Shown here: positions 49,045 to 59,442 of the stretch, piece after piece | Layout: every line of letters begins with the position of its first letter | Position numbering within the stretch: the stretch's first letter is position 1 | Assembly (NCBI GenBank): GCA_023484515.1 | Contig: JAMDAY010000010.1 | Location: 5,131-69,130 of the forward strand | Direction: 5' to 3' | Source of the DNA: Patescibacteria group bacterium | Lineage (GTDB): Bacteria; Patescibacteriota; Doudnabacteria; UBA920 | Length of the DNA stretch: 64,000 nucleotides | Notes under the pieces: generated by a model | The model's input: the letters and a program-made list of their open reading frames with translations, nothing else | What the model was told of the DNA's origin: nothing | The model's database searches: none | Translations under genes and position numbers: made by a program

Positions 49045-49973
49045 AGAAAAAGAATATCCTCGTAGCCGGCGGGGCGGGATTTGTAGGTTCAAACCTCTGC
49101 GAATTTTTAGTGGAAAAAGGGCATAGGGTGGTCTGCCTGGACAATCTGTCCACCGGAAGAATGCAAAACATAAAAAATCTGCGCCTGAAGAAAAATTTTG
49201 AATTCATGCGCCATGATATTACAAAACCCCGCAACTTTCCGGCAGACGAAATTTACCATTTGGCTTCCCCGGCTTCGCCCGTGCATTACCAAAAAGATCC
49301 CGTTGGCACGTGGAAAGCCAATACATTGGGGACTTTAAACCTTTTAGAACTGGCCCGGAAACAAAAAACCAAATTTTTATTTGCCTCAACTTCGGAAGTT
49401 TACGGCGACCCAAAGGTGCATCCCCAGGGCGAAAAATACCGGGGCAACGTGAATCCCGTCGGTATCCGCAGCTGCTACGACGAAAGCAAGCGCGCGGGGG
49501 AGTCGCTATGCGCCGACTATTACAGGCTGTATAAATTTCCCGTAAAAATTGTCCGCATTTTCAATACTTACGGCCCCAATATGGAAATAAACGACGGCCG
49601 CGTGGTTTCAAATTTTATAGTGCAGGCGCTAAAAAATGAGCCTATTACCGTATACGGGCAAGGCCGGCAAACCCGGAGCTTCCAGTATATTGACGACTTA
49701 ATCCAGGGCCTGGTAAAAATGATGGAAGGCAGCTTTTTAGGGCCGGTCAATTTGGGCAATCCAGGAGAATTTACAATTTTACATCTGGCAAAGCTGGCAA
49801 CACAACTGACAGGCTCCAAATCCCGGATAATTTACCAGCCTTTGCCCGCAGACGACCCGAAACGCAGAAGGCCTGATATTTCGCTTGCGGAAAAAAAATT
49901 AAACTGGCGTCCGAAAGTGGAGCTTAAGGCGGGGCTTTTAAGGACAATTGAATATTTCCAAAGTATCCTATGA
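49041..49973 (+). CDS. uxs: UDP-glucuronate decarboxylase (UDP-xylose synthase)
   Basis: ILVAGGAGFVGSNL...IYHLASPASPVHYQKDPV...FASTSEVYGDP...YDESKRAGE. Confidence 0.9.
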   Translation: MKKKNILVAGGAGFVGSNLCEFLVEKGHRVVCLDNLSTGRMQNIKNLRLKKNFEFMRHDITKPRNFPADEIYHLASPASPVHYQKDPVGTWKANTLGTLNLLELARKQKTKFLFASTSEVYGDPKVHPQGEKYRGNVNPVGIRSCYDESKRAGESLCADYYRLYKFPVKIVRIFNTYGPNMEINDGRVVSNFIVQALKNEPITVYGQGRQTRSFQYIDDLIQGLVKMMEGSFLGPVNLGNPGEFTILHLAKLATQLTGSKSRIIYQPLPADDPKRRRPDISLAEKKLNWRPKVELKAGLLRTIEYFQSIL

Positions 49974-50881
49974 GCGAGCCGTTATCCATTTATACTGAAA
50001 ATTTATTTTTAAGCAACAAAATAAAAAGCAAGGTTAAAAAACTTGCCGGCCTTTATTTGCGGGGGCCGCAGGCCGTGGAGCAAAACCTGTTTTCCGGTTT
50101 AAAGGAGCTTGGGGCAAGCTTTGAAGTAAACCGGCCTTTAAAGGAAGGTATTGATACGGCGTTTGTTTTAAGCGGCGTTAAAACTTTGCAATGGGCAATA
50201 AATAAACAAAACCTAGGGCTGGTCAGGCGCATTGTTGCAGGCCCTAATATTGCGGTTTCGCCTAACAGCAGTGGCGGCATACTCAAAGACCAAGCCGTGG
50301 ACCAAATAGTCGTCCCCAGCGAATGGGTAAGGGAATTTTACATTAAGGAAGCCCCAACAATAAGTTCCAAGATTAAGGTTTGGGCTGCCGGAGTTGCCTT
50401 GCCGGATTTAAAACCAGAGCCGAAAATTTTTGACTTTCTCATTTACAACAAAATAGGCAAAAACCCCTTGGCAGAAAATATTTGCCAATATGTGAACGGT
50501 AAAGGTTACTCCAGCAATGTGCTGACTTACGGCAAGTTCGCGCGGCAAAATTATTTCCAAATGCTGCAACAGGCCAGGTATGCCATATACCTTTCCGATT
50601 CCGAAAGCCAGGGTTTGGCCTTATTTGAAGCTTGGGCTTTTAATGTGCCGGTTTTTGCGTGGGACAAAGGCTATTTTGAATACGCGGGCAAAAGGTTCCC
50701 CGCCAAAGTCGGAGTCCCGTATCTGAGCGAAAAAACAGGGATAGCCTTTAAGGATTTTCCGGAGTTTGAAAAAAAATTGGATAGTTTTTTAAAGGCGGAA
50801 TTTGCCCCGAGGGAGTGGATAAAAAGTAACGCCGGATTGAAAATGGCGGCGGAAAAATTTTTAAACTTGCAGGATGCTTAA
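49970..50881 (+). CDS. hypothetical protein (possible glycosyltransferase)
   Basis: ORF in operon context. Confidence 0.45.
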   Translation: MSEPLSIYTENLFLSNKIKSKVKKLAGLYLRGPQAVEQNLFSGLKELGASFEVNRPLKEGIDTAFVLSGVKTLQWAINKQNLGLVRRIVAGPNIAVSPNSSGGILKDQAVDQIVVPSEWVREFYIKEAPTISSKIKVWAAGVALPDLKPEPKIFDFLIYNKIGKNPLAENICQYVNGKGYSSNVLTYGKFARQNYFQMLQQARYAIYLSDSESQGLALFEAWAFNVPVFAWDKGYFEYAGKRFPAKVGVPYLSEKTGIAFKDFPEFEKKLDSFLKAEFAPREWIKSNAGLKMAAEKFLNLQDA

Positions 50882-51620
50882 GAAAATCTTAAAAAAAATT
50901 TTAAGGAAAACCGGAAAGCTCGTAAGCGGGATATTTTGGTATCCCCGCGACCTTTTCCAATATCTGCGGCTGGGCCGCAAATGCGGCGCCTTGCAAAACC
51001 AAAATTTTAAAATTTTTCCCCAGGTTTTTGACAAAGGTCCGGGCTCGCATACTTTTGACAAGCATTACGTGTACATGGACAGGTGGGCGTTTAAGCACCT
51101 TTTGGAAAGCCGCCCGCCCGAACACGTGGACATAGGCTCGTCAATCAGGTTTTTGTCCATGGCTAGCACGATAACCAAAGTAAAGTTTTTGGACATCCGC
51201 CCTTTAAGGCTGGATTTTGAAAATTTTGAATGCGTGGAGGGCAGCCTCTTGGATCTTCCGTTCGCGGACAATTCCGTCAGTTCCGTATCTTGCCTGCATG
51301 TTGCCGAGCATGTGGGCTTGGGCAGGTACGGCGACCCGCTGGATCCGCAAGGAAGCGAGAAAGCGTGCCAAGAACTAAAGCGCGTGCTTTCAGCCGGGGG
51401 TGCGCTTTACTTTGCCGTGCCTGTGGGGCGGCAAGCCATTTATTTCAATGCGCATCGCGTGTTTGACCCGCATGCCGTGCTAAACTATTTTTCCGGTTTA
51501 AAGCTTGAAGAGTTTTCCGCAGTCAATGACAGCGGGCATTTTGTAAAAAACGCGGATATGCGGGATTTTTCCCAGGCGAAATATTCCTGCGGCCTGTTTA
51601 AGTTCACTAAGAACCCCTAA
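50874..51620 (+). CDS. SAM-dependent methyltransferase-like protein (DUF268-type)
   Basis: LDLPFADNSVSSVSCLHVAEHVGLGRYGD...LKRVLSAGGALYFAVP. Confidence 0.55.
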   Translation: MLKKILKKILRKTGKLVSGIFWYPRDLFQYLRLGRKCGALQNQNFKIFPQVFDKGPGSHTFDKHYVYMDRWAFKHLLESRPPEHVDIGSSIRFLSMASTITKVKFLDIRPLRLDFENFECVEGSLLDLPFADNSVSSVSCLHVAEHVGLGRYGDPLDPQGSEKACQELKRVLSAGGALYFAVPVGRQAIYFNAHRVFDPHAVLNYFSGLKLEEFSAVNDSGHFVKNADMRDFSQAKYSCGLFKFTKNP

Positions 51621-51625
51621 CATTT

Positions 51626-52159
51626 ATGAAGATAACAAAAACCCGAATACCCGAAGTTTTGCTTATAGAAACGCCCAAGTTTAAGGACGAGCGGGGGTAT
51701 TTTATGGAAATTTCTAAGGATTCGGACGCGAAGGATTTGGGCGTCCGTTTTGTGCAGGATAATTTATCCTGTTCCAAACAAGGGGTTTTAAGGGGCCTAC
51801 ATTATCAATTGCCGCCTTTTGCCCAGGGCAAGCTGGTGAGGGTGTTAAAGGGCGCGGTCTGGGACGTGGCCGTTGACATTAGGAAGTCTTCGCCAACTTT
51901 CGGCAAGTGGGCGGGGGCGGAACTGAGCGAGGAGAACAACCTGGCTCTCTACTTGCCCGAAGGGTTTGCGCACGGCTTTGTAGTCTTGTCCAAGGAAGCC
52001 TTGGTATTGTACAAGGCGACAAACGAATACCATCCCGAAAGCGAAAGGGGAATAAGGTGGAACGACCCCGCATTGTCCATAAACTGGCCTGTTAAAAATA
52101 TTTTTACATCCGACAAAGACAGCGCCCTTCCCTTATTAAAGGACGCGCAAGCCGTTTAA
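51626..52159 (+). CDS. rfbC: dTDP-4-dehydrorhamnose 3,5-epimerase
   Basis: FKDERGYFMEI...RGLHYQ...GKLVRVLKGAVWDVAVDIR...YLPEGFAHGF. Confidence 0.9.
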   Translation: MKITKTRIPEVLLIETPKFKDERGYFMEISKDSDAKDLGVRFVQDNLSCSKQGVLRGLHYQLPPFAQGKLVRVLKGAVWDVAVDIRKSSPTFGKWAGAELSEENNLALYLPEGFAHGFVVLSKEALVLYKATNEYHPESERGIRWNDPALSINWPVKNIFTSDKDSALPLLKDAQAV

Positions 52160-52175
52160 AGTAAATATTTATTTT

Positions 52176-52338
52176 GAGGTGGTCTAAAAACTCCATTTGG
52201 GCTGCAATTGCAAAATTTCGGCCATTTGGGCCAAAAAATTTCTCCGCTTAGCCTACGGCTAAACATCAAAATTTATTTGCCCCAACTGCCTCGAAATTTT
52301 GCAATTTCGCCTACAAAGCGAGTTTTTAGACCACCTCC
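52176..52338. repeat. 163-nt imperfect palindrome with perfect 18-bp outer arms GAGGTGGTCTAAAAACTC / GAGTTTTTAGACCACCTC and nested inner inverted repeats (GCAATTGCAAAATTTCG...)
   Basis: Read directly; it occupies the whole rfbC-GT2 intergenic space. Confidence 0.65.
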
Positions 52339-52358
52339 TTAATATTTAAGTAAATTTT

Positions 52359-53099
52359 ATGCCTTTAGTTTCCGTAAATATCCTGACTAAAAATCGCGCT
52401 GGGCTGCTAAGGCGCGCGTTGCTGTCCGTGGCAGCGCAAAGTTTTAAGGATTTTGAGGTAGTGGTCGTCAACGACGGGTCGTCCGATGAAACTCAAGAGG
52501 TAATTGAAAGATTGAAAATTGAAAATTTAAAGATTATAACGCATCAGGAATCAAAAGGGATTACAGCCGGCAGGCAGGAAGCTTTGCAGGCGAGCGCGGG
52601 GAAATATATAGCTGTTCTGGATGATGACGACGAATGGATAGATGCGGATAAATTGAAAAAACAGGTGGGATATTTAAATGAGCACCGCGATTGCGTACTA
52701 TTAGGCGGTGGAATCCAAATTTCCAATATCCAATTTCCAATATCCAAAACAAGGCCGGAGACGGATGGGGAAATAAGGCGGGCGATGCTGTTAAAAAATC
52801 CGTTTTTTACTTCCACGGTAATGTTCCGGCGGGAAGCGGCCTTAAAGGCGGGCGGGTTTGTAAAAGACAGCGACGATCTTGCCGAAGACTACGACTTATG
52901 GCTAAGGCTGGGCCTGCTTGGGGGAATGCATAATTTCCAGGAGCCATTTGTGCGCTATAGCCGGTCAAGCTATAATAAAGGCAGGTTTCGCGCATTTTTA
53001 GCCAAGCAATTGCGGTTAATTTCGCGGCATAAGCGGAATTATCCCAAATATTTTTTGGCAAAGCTAATTTTAAAAGCAAGGCTGGTTTTGGGAGCGTAG
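52359..53099 (+). CDS. glycosyltransferase family 2
   Basis: VSVNILTKNRAGLLRRALLSVAAQSF...VVVNDGSSDET...VLDDDDEW. Confidence 0.8.
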   Translation: MPLVSVNILTKNRAGLLRRALLSVAAQSFKDFEVVVVNDGSSDETQEVIERLKIENLKIITHQESKGITAGRQEALQASAGKYIAVLDDDDEWIDADKLKKQVGYLNEHRDCVLLGGGIQISNIQFPISKTRPETDGEIRRAMLLKNPFFTSTVMFRREAALKAGGFVKDSDDLAEDYDLWLRLGLLGGMHNFQEPFVRYSRSSYNKGRFRAFLAKQLRLISRHKRNYPKYFLAKLILKARLVLGA

Positions 53100-53172
53100 G
53101 CGTAGGGCAGCTCATGACTGGGACGGATTGAAGATTAAAAATTGAAGATTGAAGATTTAAAAAAGCAATATT

Positions 53173-54477
53173 ATGCTTAACAACAAATTAGTAAATTTTT
53201 GGCTGCTTACGGTCCCGGACCTGGCATTGTTTTATGCGGGGTTATGGATGGCCATTCTGCTGCGCTACGGCGGGGGGTTAAAAGGCGTGGACGCGACCGC
53301 GCATTTTAAGGCCTTTACCGTGCTGTTCGCTTTTTGGCTGGTGGTATTCTTTATCCACGGGCTTTTGGACATCCGTTCCCTAAAGCGCTATACCGGCATA
53401 GTCTTCGGCTTGCTTTCCGCAACCGTAACCAACCTGGTCATTGCCATTGTTTATTTTTATTTCCAGCCGGACCTGATTTTAACGCCCAGGCGCTTTTTAC
53501 TTTTGGATTTAACCATAACTTTCGTCTTAATCCTGGCCTGGCATCTGCTGTTAAAATTCAACCTGAAGCGCCTGGCCACGGAAGACGTATATTTGTTTTC
53601 CTTTAACAACGAATTGGCAGAATTGGAACGGGAAATTAAAAAGCATGGCTACCTGGGTTTTAAGGTGCTGGGGCATTTATGCGAACAGGATTTAAGGCAG
53701 CCGGCGCTGGCAATAAACAGCGCCATTATATTGCCGGACAATTTGCAGGCCAAGCCGGAAGTGCTTGCCAAATTTTACGAATGGCGGAAGTCCGGGGTGG
53801 ATTTTTTTAACCATCGCGAATTTTACGAAAACCTGCTGCGGCGCGTGTATATTTCCGACTTAAGCGAGCTGTGGTTCTTGGAAAACATCAGTTATAAGGA
53901 AAAGCGCTTTTACAACCTGCTCAAGCGGGCCATAGATTTAATTTTCGGCGTTTTAGGGCTGGCTGCGTTTTTGTTAAGCTGGCCGTTTTGCTCCCTGCTG
54001 ATTAAGCTGACTTCCCCGGGCCCGGTTTTGTTCATCCAGGAGCGGGTAGGCAGGGGGGGTAAAATTTTCAAGGTTTACAAATACCGCACCATGAGCGGCG
54101 GCCCGACCAATACCTGGACTTCGGTCAACGACCCGCGCATCACCAAAGTGGGCAAATTTTTGCGCAAGAGCCGCATAGACGAATGGCCGCAGTTCTTAAA
54201 CCTGCTGGCCGGCAACTTAAGCCTGGTCGGCCCGCGGCCGGAACAACCGCACATTGTGGAAGAATTAAAAAGGCAAATCCCGTTTTACGACGAGCGGCAT
54301 TTGGTCAAACCCGGCCTGACCGGCTGGGCGCAGCTAAACGTTTATGCCGGTTCCCTGGAAGAGACCAAAGCCAAACTGCAATACGACCTGTATTACATTA
54401 AGCACCGCAGCCTGGCTTTTGACCTGGAGATTATTTTGAAGACTTTGTATTACATCTTTACCTGGCAGGGGAGGTAA
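53173..54477 (+). CDS. undecaprenyl-phosphate sugar phosphotransferase (WbaP/WsaP-like initiating enzyme)
   Basis: N-terminal TM region. C-terminal KRAIDLIFG...SPGPVLFIQERVGRGGKIFKVYKYRTM...PQFLNLLAGNLSLVGPRP is the bacterial sugar-transferase domain. Confidence 0.9.
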   Translation: MLNNKLVNFWLLTVPDLALFYAGLWMAILLRYGGGLKGVDATAHFKAFTVLFAFWLVVFFIHGLLDIRSLKRYTGIVFGLLSATVTNLVIAIVYFYFQPDLILTPRRFLLLDLTITFVLILAWHLLLKFNLKRLATEDVYLFSFNNELAELEREIKKHGYLGFKVLGHLCEQDLRQPALAINSAIILPDNLQAKPEVLAKFYEWRKSGVDFFNHREFYENLLRRVYISDLSELWFLENISYKEKRFYNLLKRAIDLIFGVLGLAAFLLSWPFCSLLIKLTSPGPVLFIQERVGRGGKIFKVYKYRTMSGGPTNTWTSVNDPRITKVGKFLRKSRIDEWPQFLNLLAGNLSLVGPRPEQPHIVEELKRQIPFYDERHLVKPGLTGWAQLNVYAGSLEETKAKLQYDLYYIKHRSLAFDLEIILKTLYYIFTWQGR

Positions 54478-54596
54478 AATTTAAAGATTTAAAAATAGAA
54501 AAATAGAAAGATTGAAAGATTAAACGGCTCAAATAATTTTGCCAGTTGGCGGATGGCGGGTTGGGCTGTTTTTTATTTTACTCAATAAAAATTTTA

Positions 54597-54605
54597 TGTT
54601 ATAAT
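54597..54605 (+). promoter_or_regulatory. putative extended -10 promoter TGTTATAAT upstream of pilB
   Basis: Read directly; it is about 125 nt upstream of the pilB start. Confidence 0.35.
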
Positions 54606-54730
54606 TTAATGGCGAATTTAACCAAGGCAAGAAACAAAATCCCTAACAACCGCAGATTTCAACAATAAAAATCCGGATTATTTTTCCGTAGTTACCTGCA
54701 ACACCTTTATATCTGCGGTTCTGTAGCCTT

Positions 54731-56485
54731 ATGGACAAATTACAGCTTAATCAAGCTTTAAAGCAAAAACGGCTTGCCAACGAATCAAGGCTTTCCCTGC
54801 TGGAAAAGGATTTGCTGCAGCTAAAATCCCCTCCGCCCTGGGAAGATTTTCTGGTGGAAAAAAAAGTGGTGACCGAAGACCAATTGCTCGGAATTAAGAG
54901 CGATATCTTGGGCGTGCCGGCGGTGGATTTGCGCAACCAGCAAATTTCCCAGGAAATTTTAAACTTAGTGCCCGAACCTATTGCCCACCGGCACCAGGTA
55001 ATCAGCTTCGCCAGAACCAACGACTCCTTAAGCCTGGCCATGGTTGACCCTTCGGACCTGCAGACCAAGGAATTTATTCAAAAGAAAACCGGCCTGAACA
55101 TTAAAGTGTTCCTGATTGGCAAGGCCAGCCTGGATTTCGGCCTGTCCAAATACCACTCTTCCCTGGAAAAGGAAATGAGGCACCTGTTTACGCCTTCGTC
55201 CCAGCCGCTGTCCGCGGCTGCGGAAGGCGAGAGCGCGGAGGATGACGGCCTAAAAAAAATGGCCGAGGAAATTCCGGTTATCCGCGTGGTGGATACCTTG
55301 CTGGAATACGCCATTTTTGAAAAAGCTTCGGACATCCACATAGAGCCGCAGGAAAATTCCGTCATAGTCCGCTACCGCATTGACGGCGTGCTGCACGACG
55401 TCATGACCTTGCCAAAAGTGATCCAGGCGGCCATAGTCGCCCGCATAAAGGTTTTGTCCAATTTAAAGATAGACGAGCACCGCCTGCCCCAGGACGGCAG
55501 GTTCAAGGTGGAAAAGGACGGCTATAAGTATTCTTTGCGCGTGTCCACTATTCCCATTTTTGACGGCGAAAAAGCGGTTATCCGCCTGCTGGACGAATCG
55601 GCCAAGGCCGCTTCCCTGGAAGATTTGGGTTTTGAAAAATCCAGCCTGGAAATTATAACCCGCAACATAAAAAAACCCCACGGCATGCTGCTGGTTACCG
55701 GGCCTACGGGCAGCGGAAAATCCACCACGCTTTACACGGTTTTGTCCATGCTGAACACCAAGAGCGTGAACATTTCCACCATAGAAGACCCGGTGGAATA
55801 CCGCATTGCCGGAGCCAACCAGATGCAGGTTAATCCCAAAATCGGCCTGACTTTTGCCATGGGCTTGCGCGCGTTGCTGAGGCAGGACCCCAACATTATC
55901 ATGATCGGCGAAATCCGCGACAAGGAAACCGCCGAGGAAGCCGTGCATGCGGCCATGACCGGCCATATTGTATTTTCAACTTTGCATACCAACAGCGCTT
56001 CCGCGGCCTTGCCCCGCCTGTTGGACATTGGCGTAGAGCCTTACCTGATCGCCTCCACCGTTAACGCCGTGCTGGCCCAGCGTTTGGTCCGGGTTGTCTG
56101 CAAGGACTGCATTAAGGAAATTAAATTGGACGGGGCGACCATAGAAAGCCTGTCCAAGCAATTCCACATGGAGAAACTGCTGCCGGCATTAATCCGCGCC
56201 GGCGCGGCGCCTGCCAAGGCGAAGAACCTTGAGGATTTGAAATTTTACAAGGGAGCGGGGTGCGACAAGTGCGGTCATACGGGTTACAAAGGCCGGATGG
56301 GTCTGCATGAAATTTTGGAAGTCAGCCCCCAAATTGCGGAAATGATCATGGCTCACAAGAGCGCGCAGGAAATCCAGGACCAGGCGGAAAAAGAAGGGAT
56401 GGTCTTAATGTGGGAAGACGGCTTTATAAAGGCCGGCAAGGGCGTTACCACCATAGATGAAATACTAAGGGTCTCAAAAGAGTAA
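54731..56485 (+). CDS. pilB: type IV pilus assembly ATPase PilB (GspE family)
   Basis: Walker A LLVTGPTGSGKSTT, Asp box, His box GHIVFSTLHTN, and a C-terminal tetra-Cys motif CDKCGHTGYKGR. Confidence 0.9.
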   Translation: MDKLQLNQALKQKRLANESRLSLLEKDLLQLKSPPPWEDFLVEKKVVTEDQLLGIKSDILGVPAVDLRNQQISQEILNLVPEPIAHRHQVISFARTNDSLSLAMVDPSDLQTKEFIQKKTGLNIKVFLIGKASLDFGLSKYHSSLEKEMRHLFTPSSQPLSAAAEGESAEDDGLKKMAEEIPVIRVVDTLLEYAIFEKASDIHIEPQENSVIVRYRIDGVLHDVMTLPKVIQAAIVARIKVLSNLKIDEHRLPQDGRFKVEKDGYKYSLRVSTIPIFDGEKAVIRLLDESAKAASLEDLGFEKSSLEIITRNIKKPHGMLLVTGPTGSGKSTTLYTVLSMLNTKSVNISTIEDPVEYRIAGANQMQVNPKIGLTFAMGLRALLRQDPNIIMIGEIRDKETAEEAVHAAMTGHIVFSTLHTNSASAALPRLLDIGVEPYLIASTVNAVLAQRLVRVVCKDCIKEIKLDGATIESLSKQFHMEKLLPALIRAGAAPAKAKNLEDLKFYKGAGCDKCGHTGYKGRMGLHEILEVSPQIAEMIMAHKSAQEIQDQAEKEGMVLMWEDGFIKAGKGVTTIDEILRVSKE

Positions 56486-56517
56486 AGGTTATAAAAATTA
56501 CAAATATCAAATATCAA

Positions 56518-57726
56518 ATGGATTTTTCTTACAGCGCCATAACCAAAAACGGGCAGAGGGAGTCGGGAACTATTCAGGCCGCTTCGGCTGCCGCAGCCGG
56601 CCACTTGCTTAAGGAGCAAGGGCTTTTGCCTACGCGCGTGGAAGAATCCCGCAAAAGTTCTGTCGTAAGTTTTTTCAAAAACGTTTCCACCATTTCATTG
56701 GATGAAAAAATCAATTTCGTGGAAAACTTGAGCGTAATGCTTAAGGCCGGCATATCCATTAGCCGCGGATTGCAAATTTTAGTCAAGCAAACCAAGAATG
56801 CGCGCTACAAGGGGATACTGGCGGATATTGCAAACCAGGTGGAATCGGGTAAAAGCCTGGGCGAGGCCATGGCCAAATACCCGGCCGTGTTTTCCAATAT
56901 TTTCGTCAGCATGGTCAAGGTCGGCGAACTTTCCGGCAATTTGGACAAAAGCCTGGAATACTTGAGCGTCCAGTTGCAGCGGGACGCTGATTTGCGTTCC
57001 AAGACCAAAGGGGCCATGATCTACCCTTCGGTCATTGTGGCGGCAATTATTATTGTAGGGGTATTAATGTCAATTTTCGTGCTGCCCAGCCTCATTTCCG
57101 TGTTTAAGGACTTTTCTGCAAACCTGCCGCTGTCCACCAGAATTGTCATTAGTGCCGTGGATTTTATGAGCAATAACGCCTTTTTGGTTATTGGGGGGCT
57201 GCTTGCCTTGGTCGGAGCGGCTGTTGCCGCGCTGCGGACGCCTGGAGGCAAGCGGGCTTTTGACATTTTCCTGCTGCATTTTATGGTAATTAATAGTATA
57301 ATAAAAAAGATAAATTTGGCGCGCTTCGCCAGAATTTTAAGTTCGCTGCTCAAAAGCGGCGTTCCCATAGTCCAAAGCCTGGAAGTGGCCGGCAATTCCC
57401 TGGGTAACATTCCTTACCGCGAGCTGGTGGCGGAAACGGCCGTATCGGTCAAGCTGGGAAAGCCTTTGACCGAGGCGCTAAATAAGCGTCCGGACTTGTT
57501 TCCCATACTGGTGGTGCAGATGATCCAGGTGGGGGAGGAAAGCGGGACCATGGAGAACATTTTGGAGCAACTTGCCGGACATTACGAAGAAGAGGTGGAC
57601 GACGTCCTGAAAAATTTGTCTTCCGTAATTGAGCCGCTTTTGCTGTTATTTATCGGCGGCGTAGTCGGCTTGCTGGCAGTGGCGCTAATCAGCCCCATTT
57701 ACAGCATTAGCCAGACAATTTCGTAA
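56518..57726 (+). CDS. pilC: type IV pilus platform protein PilC (GspF family)
   Basis: Two GspF repeats and three TM segments. The C-terminus EPLLLLFIGGVVGLLAVALISPIY is typical. Confidence 0.9.
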   Translation: MDFSYSAITKNGQRESGTIQAASAAAAGHLLKEQGLLPTRVEESRKSSVVSFFKNVSTISLDEKINFVENLSVMLKAGISISRGLQILVKQTKNARYKGILADIANQVESGKSLGEAMAKYPAVFSNIFVSMVKVGELSGNLDKSLEYLSVQLQRDADLRSKTKGAMIYPSVIVAAIIIVGVLMSIFVLPSLISVFKDFSANLPLSTRIVISAVDFMSNNAFLVIGGLLALVGAAVAALRTPGGKRAFDIFLLHFMVINSIIKKINLARFARILSSLLKSGVPIVQSLEVAGNSLGNIPYRELVAETAVSVKLGKPLTEALNKRPDLFPILVVQMIQVGEESGTMENILEQLAGHYEEEVDDVLKNLSSVIEPLLLLFIGGVVGLLAVALISPIYSISQTIS

Positions 57727-57812
57727 AATTTCAAATTTCAAATAACAAATTACAAATAAGATCCAAATTTTAAAATCCTAATGCAATCTGAAGAAAGCTT
57801 GAGTATAGGGTA

Positions 57813-58883
57813 TTGAAATTTAAACTCATGTTCAACTTATTCCTAAAACCCCAAAAAGCGTTTGGCCTGGACATTAGCGGCAGCTCGCTGAAAGTGATGC
57901 AGTTGGAAAATAAAAAATCGGAAGTGTCGGTAGACGGCTACACGGACACCCCTTTGCCCAAGGGGTTAATGACTAACGATGTCATTTTGGACGGCAAGAC
58001 TTTCGGTTACCTGGTCAGGCAAAGCCTGCAGAAGCCGCTTTTCGGGAAAATAGACAGGCATTACGTGGTGGCCAGCCTGCCGGAGTCCAAGTCTTTCGTG
58101 CGCGTCATCCAGATCCCGAAAATGAGCGACGGCGAGGCGGAAAATGCCATTCCAGTGGAGGCGGAAAGCTTTATCCCGCTGCCCATTGACCAGGTTTATC
58201 TGGATTGGCAAAAATTGGGGGAGACGGAAGGCAAAATGAACATTTTAATTATTGCCTCGCCCAAGGAATTCGTGGACAAATACCTGGAAATTTTGGACCA
58301 GGCCGGTTTGAAACCCATAGCCCTGGAGGTGGAGTCGCAAAGCTGCCGGCGCGCCCTGCTGGAGCCGGCAAGCAAGGAAACATTGCTGATGATTGACTTA
58401 GACGCTTACCGGACCAGCATGGCAATGGTGGAGGAAGGGAATTTGCAGTTTACTTCCACGGTGCCCATTGCCGGCGACTCTTTTACGGAAAGCATTGCCA
58501 AGTCTTTGGGGGTTTCTTCGGCCAAAGCCGAAGAGATAAAAAAGAAAGTCGGAATAGCCAATACCGTCCAGTATCCCAATATTAAAACCGCGTTATTGCC
58601 CACCCTGAACAATTTAAGCGCGGAAATAAAAAGCATATTAAAATTCCATGGCGAGCACTCGGGCCGCAAAGTGGACAAAATTTTATTGTCCGGCGGCAGC
58701 GCCAAACTGAAAAATTTGGCGGAGTTTTTAGCCCCGCAGCTTAACGATTTTTCCGGCATCCCCGTGGAAACGGGCAATCCCTGGCTGAATTTGAAAACCT
58801 TGCGCTCAAAGCCTTTGGAAGCCTATGACAGCCTGGGATACGTAACCGCCATCGGGCTGGCAATTAGGGGGATGGACGCATGA
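57813..58883 (+). CDS. pilM: type IV pilus assembly protein PilM (actin-like ATPase fold)
   Basis: FGLDISGSSLKVMQLE and the overall length and position match PilM. Confidence 0.8.
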   Translation: MKFKLMFNLFLKPQKAFGLDISGSSLKVMQLENKKSEVSVDGYTDTPLPKGLMTNDVILDGKTFGYLVRQSLQKPLFGKIDRHYVVASLPESKSFVRVIQIPKMSDGEAENAIPVEAESFIPLPIDQVYLDWQKLGETEGKMNILIIASPKEFVDKYLEILDQAGLKPIALEVESQSCRRALLEPASKETLLMIDLDAYRTSMAMVEEGNLQFTSTVPIAGDSFTESIAKSLGVSSAKAEEIKKKVGIANTVQYPNIKTALLPTLNNLSAEIKSILKFHGEHSGRKVDKILLSGGSAKLKNLAEFLAPQLNDFSGIPVETGNPWLNLKTLRSKPLEAYDSLGYVTAIGLAIRGMDA

Positions 58884-59437
58884 ACAAAACCATCAATTTG
58901 CTGCCGAAGTCCAGGCAGCAGGAATTAAAATACGAGTTGGTCCTGCACGGCCTGGTTATGGCCATATATTTGTCCATTGCCAGTTTTGCCCTGGTATTTT
59001 TGGTGCAAGGCGCAGCCAGGCTTTACCTGTTGCAGCAGGACAAGGTGGTGCAGGCGGAAATTGAACAGTTAAAGAAAGAAGAGAACAAAGGCGCTTACGC
59101 GGGGGTCAAGGCGCAAATCCAAACCCTCAACAATGTCATCACCGACTACAAAAATTTGGCGGAAAATTCCCCCAAATGGTCCCAAGTGCTTAAGGCGTTC
59201 GCGCCCCTGCCGCCGCCCGGGATCAAAATAAACACCATGGTCATAAACGTGTCCAAGAAAACCATAACCATTACCGGCACCAGCCTCACCCGCGAACTGG
59301 TCATTAGGCTTTATGACATTATCAGGCAGCACGACGGGGAATTTTACAATATAGATTATCCGCTGGAAAACGTGGTCAAGCCGGCCAATATTACCTTCCA
59401 TTTTACTTTTAATATCAGGGACAGCTTAATTAAATAA
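58880..59437 (+). CDS. pilN: PilN-like bitopic pilus assembly protein
   Basis: NLLPKSRQQE then a single TM; translationally coupled to pilM (ATGA overlap). Confidence 0.65.
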   Translation: MNKTINLLPKSRQQELKYELVLHGLVMAIYLSIASFALVFLVQGAARLYLLQQDKVVQAEIEQLKKEENKGAYAGVKAQIQTLNNVITDYKNLAENSPKWSQVLKAFAPLPPPGIKINTMVINVSKKTITITGTSLTRELVIRLYDIIRQHDGEFYNIDYPLENVVKPANITFHFTFNIRDSLIK

Positions 59438-59442
59438 TTCCC

